Assembly: GCF_001644705.1 (NCBI RefSeq)
Contig: NZ_CP015137.1
Location: forward strand, 480,001-512,000
Source: Dickeya solani IPO 2222
Lineage (GTDB): Bacteria; Pseudomonadota; Gammaproteobacteria; Enterobacterales; Enterobacteriaceae
Reading direction: 5' to 3'
Length of the DNA stretch: 32,000 nt
The notes beneath the pieces were generated by a model that had not been told where the DNA came from, ran no database searches, and saw nothing but the letters and a program-made list of their open reading frames with translations. Shown here piece after piece: positions 1 through 9,281 of the stretch. Position 1 is the stretch's first letter. Each line of letters opens with the position of its first letter. Position numbers and translations under genes: made by a program.

Positions 1-368
1 GTAGTGACGCGCTGCAGGATGAAAGGCAGGATAGTATCCGCCGTATCATCAGATGCACCGATAGTCAGGGTGCCCTGAATATCGCTGTACATTAACGAGG
101 CGCAGGCCTCGTCGTTAAACTGCAGGATTTTTCTGGCATATCCAAGAAACTGGATGCCATGCTCGGTCAGCAGCTTGTTTCGCCCGTGGCGGGCAAACAG
201 CTCCTTACCAATCAACTGTTCCAGACGCTGCATCTGCTGGCTCACTGCTGACTGTGTTCTACACACAGCCACAGCGGCAGCTGCAAACGTGTTCAAATCT
301 GCAACAGCGACGAACGTTCTCAACAGATCGAGATCAAGGTTGAGGACAGGGCGACTTGTATTTGTCAT
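1..368 (-). CDS. lrhA: LysR-family global regulator LrhA (PecT/HexA family), N-terminal part; the C-terminus lies off the left edge
   Basis: Reverse complement from the ATG at 368..366 reads [121 protein letters not shown]. This is a LysR wHTH N-terminus almost identical to remembered E. coli LrhA. It lies divergent from alaA, as in E. coli. It is missing from the ORF track because the window truncates it. Confidence 0.9.
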   Translation of the reverse strand, partial: MTNTSRPVLNLDLDLLRTFVAVADLNTFAAAAVAVCRTQSAVSQQMQRLEQLIGKELFARHGRNKLLTEHGIQFLGYARKILQFNDEACASLMYSDIQGTLTIGASDDTADTILPFILQRVT

Positions 369-408
369 ACGATTCTTCACTTATCTATTTTAATTTTTAA
401 CAAACATA

Positions 409-418
409 CCTGGTGTTG
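409..418 (-). promoter_or_regulatory. Candidate ArcZ sRNA pairing site in the lrhA/pecT 5' leader
   Basis: The plus strand reads CCTGGTGTTG, so the minus-strand mRNA reads CAACACCAGG, 41-50 nt upstream of the lrhA ATG. This is perfectly complementary to the conserved ArcZ core ..UUCCCUGGUGUUGGCGCAG.. (ArcZ sequence from memory). Confidence 0.35.
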
Positions 419-1697
419 ATGTTGACGCTCCGGCAAGGGCCGGGCACACAATATTAAGACGGACAGTATCGCAGACGAACGGTTACGGCAAAAGGCCATG
501 TATATTCCTTTCTCCGAATCGTCTCTTCCCTCAGCCTCCTTATTTTAAGCATCTTATTACGTAATCAGACTTTCAAAAAGAACCCTTTTATTTATTTTAG
601 ATAATAAAATAAAAATCAAAAGAAAACCAGCTATCTCACTTCGTCGGCAATTTACAATCAAGAGATATAAGATTTTGATTGCACTTACGTTACGATACGC
701 GCTCATCAAAATATACGACATCTCTTATTTTTCACTTTTAACGCATGCTTTGTGCATCATTGATTCTCTGTTTGCTTGAAAAAGACATTACGTTTAAAAC
801 ATCAGCAAACTCTTAAATCACGCTATTCAATTTGAAATCCCGTTTTAATTCAATCATAAAAACCATCATGCCACCTGATGAATCCACTTAACCATCCTTT
901 CACTTCACGACCGGTGGTTCTCAGACTGAAGTCGGCACCCTCGCATGCAAATACCGTTAATACAGTAAGTTACTATCACTGTATGACTCAGTTTTTATGT
1001 AAAGATTTATATATTTTTGTAAAATTGTTAAATAACACGAAAGGATATCACATGTAACATAAATTTTCATGAAGTTACGCGGAGAGGTTTTCTCCCGTCA
1101 AAAAGTTATCTTATGAGCAATGAGATATACCCGGTCTTTTTATTATCATTCTGATCTTTTCACGATTCATTTAAATAACGCTGTTTTTTATTATCAGCAA
1201 GTTGGCTGCATTTTATTTTTTTGCAGATAAGAGACACTCCCCATTTCCCCAGGAAGAAACATTTGCTTGCTCTTCTACCATTACCGTATTTAAAAAATGG
1301 TTTTTTATAACCCTCACGGCAGCCATCATTTTATGATACCGGTTTCAGCGGTCGAATCTGGTATAAAAAATACCTCAATTGCTTCTGAGATTATTCCTCG
1401 CGGCCACCGTCTGAACATGATTAATGCTTCGTCATGCGATCCGACCGGGTAATTTACCGACGCCAGCGGTTATTTTATAGATCTCGCTCTCAGTATTGAG
1501 CCATAAATCGATAACACCACCACACATAAGTAACACTTCATTAACAATGATATCATTTATCGCTCTGCCCATGATCGCTATCTGGAACCGGCTTCACAGC
1601 CATGGTAATGATTCTTCAAAACACACGGCGGGAAGAGTACATTAGATGGGCTAGGCGATTACTCATCAGGAATAGGATCCTGTAAAAGGTTTGTTAA

Positions 1698-2912
1698 ATG
1701 TCACCAATAGAAAAATCGAAAAAACTGGAAAACGTTTGTTACGATATTCGTGGTCCGGTACTAAAAGAAGCGAAACGACTGGAAGAAGAAGGCAACAAGG
1801 TACTCAAACTGAACATCGGCAACCCGGCGCCTTTCGGGTTCGATGCGCCGGATGAAATTCTGGTGGATGTCATACGTAATCTGCCGACTGCGCAAGGCTA
1901 CTGCGATTCCAAAGGACTCTATTCCGCCCGCAAAGCCATCGTACAGCACTATCAGGCCCGCGATATGCGCGACATCACGCTGGAAGACGTCTATATCGGC
2001 AATGGTGTCTCCGAACTGATCGTCCAGTCGATGCAGGCGTTGCTGAATACCGGTGACGAAATGTTGGTGCCGGCGCCGGATTACCCGCTGTGGACCGCGG
2101 CCGTGTCACTTTCCAGCGGCCATGCGGTGCATTACCGCTGTGACGAAGAATCAGGCTGGTTCCCGGATCTGGATGACATTCGCAGCAAAATTACCCCTCG
2201 CACCCGCGGGATCGTGATTATCAACCCCAATAACCCGACAGGGGCGGTATACAGCAAAGAATTGCTGTTGGAAGTGGTTGAGATTGCCCGTCAGCATGAC
2301 CTGATTATTTTTGCCGACGAGATTTACGACAAAATCCTCTACGATGACGCCCAGCACCATTCTATTGCCGCGCTGGCGCCTGATCTATTAACCGTCACCT
2401 TCAACGGTCTGTCCAAAACCTATCGTGTGGCCGGATTCCGTCAGGGCTGGATGGTGCTGAACGGACCGAAAAAACACGCCCGCGGATACATTGAAGGGCT
2501 GGAAATGCTGGCGTCGATGCGTCTGTGCGCCAACGTGCCAATGCAACACGCGATTCAGACTGCGCTGGGCGGTTACCAGAGCATCAGCGAATTCATTCAT
2601 CCGGGCGGGCGCCTGTACGAACAGCGTTATCGCGCCTGGGAACTGATCAACCAGATTCCCGGCGTATCCTGCGTCAAACCGAGTGGAGCGCTGTACATGT
2701 TCCCCCGAATCGACGCTAAGCGCTTCAACATCCATGACGACCAGAAGCTGGTATTGGACCTGCTGCTACAGGAAAAAGTACTGCTGGTACAAGGCACCGC
2801 TTTCAACTGGCCGGAGCCGGACCACCTGCGTATCGTAACCCTGCCGCGCGTTGATGAGCTGGAAATGGCGATCAACAAATTTGGCCGTTTCCTGGAAGGT
2901 TATCACCAGTAA
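1698..2912 (+). CDS. alaA: Glutamate-pyruvate (alanine) aminotransferase AlaA, PLP-dependent class I
   Basis: The 404-aa ORF MSPIEKSKKLENVCYDIRGPVLKEAKRLEEEGNKVLKLNIGNPAPFGF...SKTYRVAGFRQGW... is near-identical over its full length to remembered E. coli AlaA (YfbQ). Synteny with lrhA and yfbR supports the call. Confidence 0.97.
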   Translation: MSPIEKSKKLENVCYDIRGPVLKEAKRLEEEGNKVLKLNIGNPAPFGFDAPDEILVDVIRNLPTAQGYCDSKGLYSARKAIVQHYQARDMRDITLEDVYIGNGVSELIVQSMQALLNTGDEMLVPAPDYPLWTAAVSLSSGHAVHYRCDEESGWFPDLDDIRSKITPRTRGIVIINPNNPTGAVYSKELLLEVVEIARQHDLIIFADEIYDKILYDDAQHHSIAALAPDLLTVTFNGLSKTYRVAGFRQGWMVLNGPKKHARGYIEGLEMLASMRLCANVPMQHAIQTALGGYQSISEFIHPGGRLYEQRYRAWELINQIPGVSCVKPSGALYMFPRIDAKRFNIHDDQKLVLDLLLQEKVLLVQGTAFNWPEPDHLRIVTLPRVDELEMAINKFGRFLEGYHQ

Positions 2913-2922
2913 TCAGGATGAT

Positions 2923-2947
2923 GTCCGGCGCCGCACTGGCGCCGGAC
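2923..2947 (+). terminator. GC-rich hairpin downstream of alaA (10-bp stem, no clear U-tract)
   Basis: GTCCGGCGCC(2923-2932)-GCACT-GGCGCCGGAC(2938-2947) begins 11 nt after the alaA stop. It is followed by acgtccattctc, so it is not a canonical intrinsic terminator. Confidence 0.4.
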
Positions 2948-3058
2948 ACGTCCATTCTCCCGTAGCCTGCCCTTTTCCCACTATCCCCCGGCCTGATTTG
3001 CTTCTTGATGTCGGAGCCGCCACAATGAACCCCCATCGCTGTACACCGAGAGACACTT

Positions 3059-3658
3059 ATGGTTCAAAGTCACTTCTTCGCCCACTTATCCCGCCTGAAA
3101 CTGATTAGCCGATGGCCGTTGATGCGTAATGTCCGGACCGAAAATGTCTCCGAGCACAGCCTGCAGGTGGCGTTTGTCGCTCATGCCCTCGCGGTGATCA
3201 AAAACCGCAAATTCAACGGTAACCTCAATGTTGGTCGTCTTGCCCTGCTGGCGATGTACCATGACGCCAGTGAAGTGTTGACCGGCGATATGCCTACCCC
3301 CGTCAAGTATTACAACGCGCAGATTGCCCACGAATACAAGAAGATTGAAAAAATTGCCCGCCACAACCTGATTGCGATGCTGCCTGCCGAACTGCAGCAA
3401 GATTTCAGCCCGCTACTGGATGAATCCCATATCAACGAAGAGGAGCACGCCATTGTGAAACAGGCGGATGCCCTTTGCGCGTACCTGAAGTGTCTGGAAG
3501 AATTGTCGGCCGGCAATAACGAATTCTTGCTGGCCAAAGCCCGGCTGGAAAAAACGCTCCAGCAGCGCCAGAGCCCGGAAATGGATTATTTCATGACGGT
3601 GTTTATTCCAAGCTTCAGCCTGTCGCTGGATGAAATCAGTCAGGAGTCGCCGCTTTAA
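3059..3658 (+). CDS. yfbR: 5'-deoxynucleotidase YfbR (HD-domain)
   Basis: The 199-aa [47 protein letters not shown]...[19 protein letters not shown] is collinear with remembered E. coli YfbR, including the HD motif. Confidence 0.95.
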   Translation: MVQSHFFAHLSRLKLISRWPLMRNVRTENVSEHSLQVAFVAHALAVIKNRKFNGNLNVGRLALLAMYHDASEVLTGDMPTPVKYYNAQIAHEYKKIEKIARHNLIAMLPAELQQDFSPLLDESHINEEEHAIVKQADALCAYLKCLEELSAGNNEFLLAKARLEKTLQQRQSPEMDYFMTVFIPSFSLSLDEISQESPL

Positions 3659-3675
3659 TCAGCCTCCGCCCGGCG

Positions 3676-3712
3676 CTGCACAGCCTGACAGCGGTTCAGT
3701 CAGGCTGTGCAG
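3676..3712. terminator. Perfect 14-bp stem hairpin between convergent yfbR and yfbS
   Basis: CTGCACAGCCTGAC(3676-3689)-agcggttca-GTCAGGCTGTGCAG(3699-3712). There is no flanking T/A run, so function as a bidirectional terminator or RNA-stability element is inferred from position only. Confidence 0.5.
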
Positions 3713-3724
3713 GCGTGTCTGCGC

Positions 3725-5560
3725 TCAAAATGGATACAACCACGGCACCATCACCACGCTGACGGCCATCACCAGCAACGTGAACGGCACCCCAACCCGA
3801 ACAAAATCACTGAAACGATACCCGCCGGGCGCCAGCACCAATGTATTCACCGGCGAAGAGACCGGCGTCATAAACGCGGCAGAAGCAGCAATGGCGATAA
3901 TCATCGCGAAAGGATATGGCGAAACCTGCATCTGCTCCGCTGCCGCTATGGCAATCGGCGCCATCAGCACCGCCGTCGCCGTATTGGAAATGAACAACCC
4001 CGTCAGCGCGCACAGCAGGAACAAGCACACCAACATCATATGTGGACCGGCGTCGCCGCCAATTTCCATCAACCCTTTGACGGCCAGCGCCACGCCGCCG
4101 GTTTGCTGCAACGCCAGCGCAAACGGCATCATGCCCACAATCAGGATCAGACTCGGCCAGTGCACGGCGCGGTAGGCGCTTTCCATGTCGATGCAGCGAA
4201 ACTGCCCCATCAGCAGACAGGCGATCAATGCGGCGATGGCGTTAGGGATTTCATCGGTAAGCATCATCGCCACCATCAGCGCCAGACAAAACAGCGCATG
4301 CGGCGCCTGATTGCTGGCTGGCGCTACTTCATCCACTTCCGCCGGCAGGTTGAGCACAATAACGTGGTGCTTGTGCTGGTGCAGCAGGCGAATATTTCTC
4401 CAGTCGCCTATCACCAGTAAAATATCCCCCAGCTTTAACGCTTCATCGGCCAGCGTGCCCTCTAACGCCTCACCATCCCGACGAATTCCCACCACCGTCA
4501 ACCCATAGCGGCTGCGAAACGACGCCTCCTGCAACGTTTTGCCCAACAGCCCGGAATCAGGGATCAACGACACTTCCGCCATGCCCACATCCCGTGCCTG
4601 TTCGGAGAAATACTCGCCGCGCAGCACCATCGGTTCCAGACGCTGGGTAGCGCAGAACTCGCGCAGATCCACGTCTGATGCCGACATATCGATCAGCAGT
4701 ACATCATTCAGCCGCAACTCGCTATTGCCGCTGACGCTCACCATAATGCGCCGGAATTTCTGCCAGCGCTCAATCCCCACCACGTTGGCGCCGTAGCGCT
4801 GGCGTAATTGCAAATCATCCAGTCGCTGGCCAATCAGCGGTGATCCGGTACGGATCGCCAACCGGCGCGCGCGTCCGGTCAATCGATATTCCCGGATCAG
4901 GTCACGAAATGTTTTGCGTTTCCACCCTTCCTTGAGGTTGTCGCTGTCCGTCACGGTCAGCCAGAAACGGGCCACCAGCATATACGCGATACCGATCAAC
5001 AACACCACCACGCCAATAGGTGTGACACTGAAAAAACCGAACCCGGCCATACCGGTACGCATCAGTTCACTGCTGACCACCATATTAGGCGGGGTCGCCA
5101 CCAGCGTCATCATGCCGCTGATCAACCCGGCGAAAGCCAGTGGCATCATCAGGCGGGCCGGGGTGGTTTTCATTCGTGCGGCGACGTTCAGCACCACCGG
5201 AATAAAAATAGCCACCACGCCGGTCGAACTCATGAAAGCGCCCAGCAGCGCCACGGTGCACATCAGCAGAATCAGCATACGGGTTTCACTCTGCCCGGCC
5301 ACGCGCATTAACCAGTCGCCAACCTGATAGGCCACCCCGGTTCGCACCAAACCTTCGCCGATCACAAACAGCGCGGCGATCAGGAATACGTTCGGATCGC
5401 TGAAACCGATCAGCGCTTCCTGTAGCGTCAGCGTGCCGCTTAGCACAAACGCCACGATCACCAGCAGAGCGATCACATCCATGCGCAATTTACCGGTAGC
5501 AAACAGCACGATCGCAATCAATAACAGCATGACAACCCAGACAAGCGAACTGCTCAACAT
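3725..5560 (-). CDS. yfbS: Putative anion/carboxylate transporter YfbS (DASS/SLC13-like permease with two central TrkA-C domains)
   Basis: The ORF is collinear with remembered E. coli YfbS (about 610 aa). Start moved from 5581 to the second ATG at 5560, which is preceded by AGGAGGAGG (revcomp of 5562-5570). That gives [28 protein letters not shown]..., aligned to the E. coli N-terminus. Confidence 0.92.
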   Translation of the reverse strand: MLSSSLVWVVMLLLIAIVLFATGKLRMDVIALLVIVAFVLSGTLTLQEALIGFSDPNVFLIAALFVIGEGLVRTGVAYQVGDWLMRVAGQSETRMLILLMCTVALLGAFMSSTGVVAIFIPVVLNVAARMKTTPARLMMPLAFAGLISGMMTLVATPPNMVVSSELMRTGMAGFGFFSVTPIGVVVLLIGIAYMLVARFWLTVTDSDNLKEGWKRKTFRDLIREYRLTGRARRLAIRTGSPLIGQRLDDLQLRQRYGANVVGIERWQKFRRIMVSVSGNSELRLNDVLLIDMSASDVDLREFCATQRLEPMVLRGEYFSEQARDVGMAEVSLIPDSGLLGKTLQEASFRSRYGLTVVGIRRDGEALEGTLADEALKLGDILLVIGDWRNIRLLHQHKHHVIVLNLPAEVDEVAPASNQAPHALFCLALMVAMMLTDEIPNAIAALIACLLMGQFRCIDMESAYRAVHWPSLILIVGMMPFALALQQTGGVALAVKGLMEIGGDAGPHMMLVCLFLLCALTGLFISNTATAVLMAPIAIAAAEQMQVSPYPFAMIIAIAASAAFMTPVSSPVNTLVLAPGGYRFSDFVRVGVPFTLLVMAVSVVMVPWLYPF

Positions 5561-5654
5561 GCCTCCTCCTGACGTTAACATTCCTTATTCATCAGGCGGT
5601 ATTCCGGCTGGAAACGCATTCCCCGGAGAAACCGCTTTAAAATCAGCATGCCAT

Positions 5655-5681
5655 AAAAAAACCCTGACAAAGCAGGGTTTT
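5655..5681 (-). terminator. Rho-independent terminator after yfbT
   Basis: The minus strand reads AACCCTG-CTTTGT-CAGGGTT followed by a run of T (plus-strand A-run 5655-5661). It begins 27 nt downstream of the yfbT stop. Confidence 0.7.
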
Positions 5682-5707
5682 GATCATGTTTAGTCCGGTT
5701 TGAGGCA

Positions 5708-6364
5708 TCATTTCAGGGTGATGTTCACCCAGCCATCCGCTGTACGCGAAATCTGCAATTGCTCAAGAGAATGTAATGCGGCATCCACCTCGTCCAGGCG
5801 CGGCGTATCGGACGGTGCATTCACCGCAACGACCAGACACCCCGCAGCCAGACCAGACAGCACGCCGGCCGGCGCATCTTCTACCACCACGCACTCGGCG
5901 GGAGCCAGCCCCAGCCGCTGCGCGCCTAGCAGATAAGCATCTGGATTCGGCTTGCCATGCGCCACCTGCTCCGCGGTAATGAACTCGCGCGGAGCAGACA
6001 AACCAGCGGCGCGATGGCGGGCATGCGCAATCGGCACCGTTCCCGACGTCACGATCGCCCACGGAATGTCCAGCTCGTCCAGCCTGACCAACAGCGCCTG
6101 CGCGCCCGGCATAGCCGCAATACCGGTGGTATCGGTCGCTTCCACCTGCTCCAGCGCGACAAACTCGCACTGAATCGTCTCTTCACTGGCGCCAGCCAGG
6201 AAATGACGCAACGAGGTGATGGCCTGCTTGCCATGAATAAAATCCAGAACTGTCTGCGGGTCGATATCATGATCTTTTGCCCAGTTGCTCCAGGCCCGTT
6301 CCACCGCGGGCAGTGAATCCACCAGCGTGCCGTCAAGATCAAACAGAAAACCTTTACACTCCAC
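5708..6364 (-). CDS. yfbT: HAD-superfamily sugar/hexitol phosphatase YfbT (HxpA)
   Basis: The 218-aa ORF MECKGFLFDLDGTLVDSLPAVERAWSNWAKDH...VVVEDAPAGVLSGLAAGC has the DxDGT HAD motif and is collinear with remembered E. coli YfbT. Confidence 0.93.
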   Translation of the reverse strand: MECKGFLFDLDGTLVDSLPAVERAWSNWAKDHDIDPQTVLDFIHGKQAITSLRHFLAGASEETIQCEFVALEQVEATDTTGIAAMPGAQALLVRLDELDIPWAIVTSGTVPIAHARHRAAGLSAPREFITAEQVAHGKPNPDAYLLGAQRLGLAPAECVVVEDAPAGVLSGLAAGCLVVAVNAPSDTPRLDEVDAALHSLEQLQISRTADGWVNITLK

Positions 6365-6439
6365 AAAAAGCCCCTTCTTTACTATTTATTACCCGGCACC
6401 CGGCTGAACCGTTACCCGGCTTACCCGACCCTAAACTTA

Positions 6440-6934
6440 TCAGGCATTGATGATTTGCGCGATCTCTACCGCACTCAGGTGATACTGGCGCGGACAGGAT
6501 TGCCAAATCGCCAGCATGCGGATGTATTTATCCCACATTTTGGTCTGTGAGTTAAAGCCATGTGTGCCGGAGTCGAAGTGGGGGTAGCGCCCTTCCACGT
6601 GCACCATGAAGCGCACGTAACCAAGGTAGCGCGCCTCAGTGGCGGCATCGAAGCCAAGAAACGCCAGACGGCGCTCATCCATGTCCGGTTTCTCTTTCAG
6701 GTTGGCCCAGGAAACCTGCAACGCATGATGCATTTCCATGACATTAATGAGGGTACGGCACACATCTTCATTCAAATCGCCAAAATCACGATCCAGTTCC
6801 CGCATTTGCAACCCATAACCCCGTTCAATAATGGTTTGCAGACGGCGGTAACGTTCCGCATTGTCGGGATCCAGCATTGACATCATTTTGTACTGATTGG
6901 ACAGGATAAGTCTCTGAGCATTAGTCATTTCCAT
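6440..6934 (-). CDS. yfbU: UPF0304 protein YfbU
   Basis: [48 protein letters not shown]... (164 aa) matches remembered E. coli YfbU end to end. Start moved from 6988 to the ATG at 6934, which is preceded by AGGAG (revcomp of about 6941-6945). Confidence 0.93.
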   Translation of the reverse strand: MEMTNAQRLILSNQYKMMSMLDPDNAERYRRLQTIIERGYGLQMRELDRDFGDLNEDVCRTLINVMEMHHALQVSWANLKEKPDMDERRLAFLGFDAATEARYLGYVRFMVHVEGRYPHFDSGTHGFNSQTKMWDKYIRMLAIWQSCPRQYHLSAVEIAQIINA

Positions 6935-7070
6935 GGTGCACTCCTGAATCTGATTCTGGCTAAAGGGATATTGACAGCAGAATCGCATACTGGCTGGCGT
7001 TTGTTTCTTGATTTAAAACAGAATCCAATGGAAAAAATGTCAGCGTCTTTGGCTAAAAACCGGGTTTACA

Positions 7071-7526
7071 TCAAAGATCGTCCAGGAACGTCTTGTCGAG
7101 TTGCCTAAAGGCACGATTCAGCACATCCGCTAGCATCTGATAAGTGGGTTGCCCTTCCACCGGCGCCAGCGCCATTCCCGACTCCAGCAGCTTATTACGA
7201 ATTTCATGAAACCAGTGTAATAAGGAAGGCGGCAACGGGGTGACAGAACGCCGCCCCAGCCACCACAGTCCCTGCATCGGCAAACCAAGGGCAAACAGCG
7301 CGGTAGCCACACTCGGCCCCAGTTGCCCGCCCAGCGCGATTTGCCAGGTCAGCGTAAAGACGGCCAGCGGCGGCATGATCCGAATCGCAAATCGTGTGGC
7401 ACGCGCCACACGATTTTCAGGAAACACCGGCGCCAAACGCTTGTCCGCTGGCCAGGTTTTCATATAGTGCTGGCCCAGACGGAACAGTTGTAGCCATCCT
7501 GTCTTACCGGAGGGTTTCGTCGTCAT
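7071..7526 (-). CDS. yfbV: UPF0208 inner-membrane protein YfbV
   Basis: The segment ...[26 protein letters not shown]...[44 protein letters not shown]...LDKTFLDDL matches remembered YfbV. The track start at 7544 is a GTG. The ATG at 7526 follows a GAGG and gives 151 aa like E. coli. Confidence 0.88.
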   Translation of the reverse strand: MTTKPSGKTGWLQLFRLGQHYMKTWPADKRLAPVFPENRVARATRFAIRIMPPLAVFTLTWQIALGGQLGPSVATALFALGLPMQGLWWLGRRSVTPLPPSLLHWFHEIRNKLLESGMALAPVEGQPTYQMLADVLNRAFRQLDKTFLDDL

Positions 7527-7801
7527 GCTCAACCTCAACTTCACATATAAAAAATAAAAATTTCGTATAAATCACAAACTGTAATTGACAAGCTTAAAAT
7601 ATATTTTGTGTTTAATGATTGCTATCGGTATCCTAAAATAGCCTTTTGGCCGCGATAAAAAGCCTTATGACACCGTTCTGTGCTCGCTGTTTAGCCATCC
7701 GCTGTTTTAGACAGCGTTTCGTTGTGTCGGCGGGTGAATCCGGCCACTGTTGATTCAGCGCGCAGCGAACGTCATGTGTGTCTGCTGTCGCCGTTTTTGC
7801 C

Positions 7802-7866
7802 GCGCCGATGTCGCCGTGCCGGGAGCGTTCAATACGCTGCCTGGCGGTTGTCACATCGGCGTTTTT
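7802..7866 (+). terminator. Orphan intrinsic-terminator-like long hairpin + T5 in the yfbV-ackA spacer
   Basis: CGCCGATGT(7803-7811) pairs with ACATCGGCG(7853-7861). The helix continues through 7813-7816/7845-7848 and CCGGGAGCGT(7819-7828)/ACGCTGCCTGG(7834-7844), with a 1-nt bulge, a G-U pair and apical loop TCAAT. It is followed directly by TTTTT (7862-7866). No annotated plus-strand gene ends here. Confidence 0.45.
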
Positions 7867-7987
7867 CGCTGTCATGTCTGGAAAAATCACCCGGCCATGA
7901 TGTTAATCATAAATGTCAACCGCCTTCTGCGCTACGCTGGCTGTTGTATGACATTTTTTTAACCATGTATAACAAGTAGGTACTTCC

Positions 7988-9190
7988 ATGTCGAGTAAGT
8001 TAGTACTGGTCCTTAACTGTGGCAGTTCTTCCCTGAAGTTCGCTATCATTGATGCCATCAACGGAGACGAATACCTGTCTGGCCTGGCCGAGTGTTTCAA
8101 CCTGCCTGAAGCGCGCATCAAATGGAAAATCGATGGCGGTAAGCAGGAAGCTGCACTGGGTGCCGGTGCCGCCCACAGCGAAGCACTGAGTTTCATCGTT
8201 AACACCATCCTCAGCCAGAAGCCGGAGTTGTCCGCTCAGCTGGTGGCGATTGGTCATCGTATCGTACATGGCGGCGAGAAATTCACGCAATCAGCGGTTA
8301 TTGACGACGACGTGCTGCAGGGTATCAAAGACGCTGTCCCGTTTGCACCGCTGCACAACCCGGCTCACCTGATCGGCATCGAAGAAGCACTGAAAGAATT
8401 CCCGCGTCTAAAAGACAAGAACGTCGCTGTCTTCGACACCGCGTTCCATCAGACCATGCCGGAAGAAGCCTACCTGTACGCCCTGCCGTACAAATTATAC
8501 AAAGAACACCACATCCGCCGTTATGGCGCTCACGGTACCAGCCACTACTTTGTTTCTCGTGAAGCGGCGAAAGTCCTGAACAAGCCGGTAGAAGAACTGA
8601 ACGTGATCACCTGCCACCTGGGCAACGGCGGTTCCGTTACCGCTATCCGCAACGGTCAGTGCGTGGATACCTCCATGGGTCTGACCCCGCTGGAAGGTCT
8701 GGTGATGGGTACCCGCAGCGGTGACATCGACCCGGCGGTAGTATTCCACCTGCACGATTCTCTGGGCATGAGCGTAGACAGCATCAACAAACTGCTGACC
8801 AAAGAATCCGGCCTGCTGGGTCTGACTGAAGTGACCAGCGACTGCCGTTATGTGGAAGACAACTACGAAACCAAGGAAGACGCCAAACGCGCCATGAACG
8901 TGTACTGCCACCGTCTGGCGAAGTACATCGGTTCTTACTCTGCGCTGATGGAAGGTCGTCTGGACGCGGTGATCTTCACCGGCGGCATCGGCGAAAACGC
9001 GGCTATGGTGCGTGAGCTGACGCTGAAGCAGTTGGGTCTGCTGGGCTTCGAAGTCGACCACGAACGTAACCTGGCCGCCCGTTTCGGCAAAGGCGGCAAC
9101 ATCGCCAAAGACGGCACCCGCCCGGCTCTGGTGATCCCGACCAACGAAGAGTTGGTCATCGCTCAGGACGCGTTGCGACTGACCGCCTGA
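7988..9190 (+). CDS. ackA: Acetate kinase
   Basis: The 400-aa [40 protein letters not shown]... is near-identical to remembered E. coli AckA. The conserved leader ..gtaggtacttccATG is also present. Confidence 0.98.
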   Translation: MSSKLVLVLNCGSSSLKFAIIDAINGDEYLSGLAECFNLPEARIKWKIDGGKQEAALGAGAAHSEALSFIVNTILSQKPELSAQLVAIGHRIVHGGEKFTQSAVIDDDVLQGIKDAVPFAPLHNPAHLIGIEEALKEFPRLKDKNVAVFDTAFHQTMPEEAYLYALPYKLYKEHHIRRYGAHGTSHYFVSREAAKVLNKPVEELNVITCHLGNGGSVTAIRNGQCVDTSMGLTPLEGLVMGTRSGDIDPAVVFHLHDSLGMSVDSINKLLTKESGLLGLTEVTSDCRYVEDNYETKEDAKRAMNVYCHRLAKYIGSYSALMEGRLDAVIFTGGIGENAAMVRELTLKQLGLLGFEVDHERNLAARFGKGGNIAKDGTRPALVIPTNEELVIAQDALRLTA

Positions 9191-9202
9191 TAAGTCTCCC
9201 CA

Positions 9203-9233
9203 CTCCGTCAGCTTCGGCTGACGGAGTTGTTTT
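9203..9233 (+). terminator. Hairpin with UUCG tetraloop + U-rich tail between ackA and pta (partial terminator/attenuator)
   Basis: CTCCGTCAGC(9203-9212)-TTCG-GCTGACGGAG(9217-9226) followed by TTGTTTT (9227-9233), 12 nt after the ackA stop. Confidence 0.6.
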
Positions 9234-9281
9234 AGAAGCATCGTTTTTGAACAACGAGCAACCGCAAACAGAGGTTAAGCC

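Noticed and set aside
154-393. 79-codon plus-strand ORF at the left edge
   Set aside because: It lies antisense to the lrhA N-terminal coding region, which is unambiguous. The translation is Cys/Arg-rich with no features.
1297-1452. 51-codon ORF (MVFYNPHGSHHFMIPVSAVESGIKNTSIASEIIPRGHRLNMINASSCDPTG) in the lrhA-alaA spacer
   Set aside because: It has no Shine-Dalgarno (ttaaaaaATG), no recognisable motif and AT-rich surroundings. It is kept only as a note inside the spacer finding.
5561-5581. Track-predicted N-terminal extensions of yfbS (to 5581), yfbU (to 6988), yfbV (to 7544), yfcE (to 12818), hisQ (to 17081), ubiX (to 18861) and pdxB (to 28649)
   Set aside because: In each case the internal start aligns with the orthologue N-terminus, and in most it has a better Shine-Dalgarno. 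The extensions are short and unconserved-looking (for example [18 protein letters not shown] for yfbU, and 64 Arg/Cys-rich codons for pdxB).
7722-7979. Plus-strand 85- and 70-codon ORFs just upstream of ackA
   Set aside because: The translations are Arg/Cys-rich, the ORFs run through the hairpin/T-tract and the conserved ackA leader, and neither has an SD.
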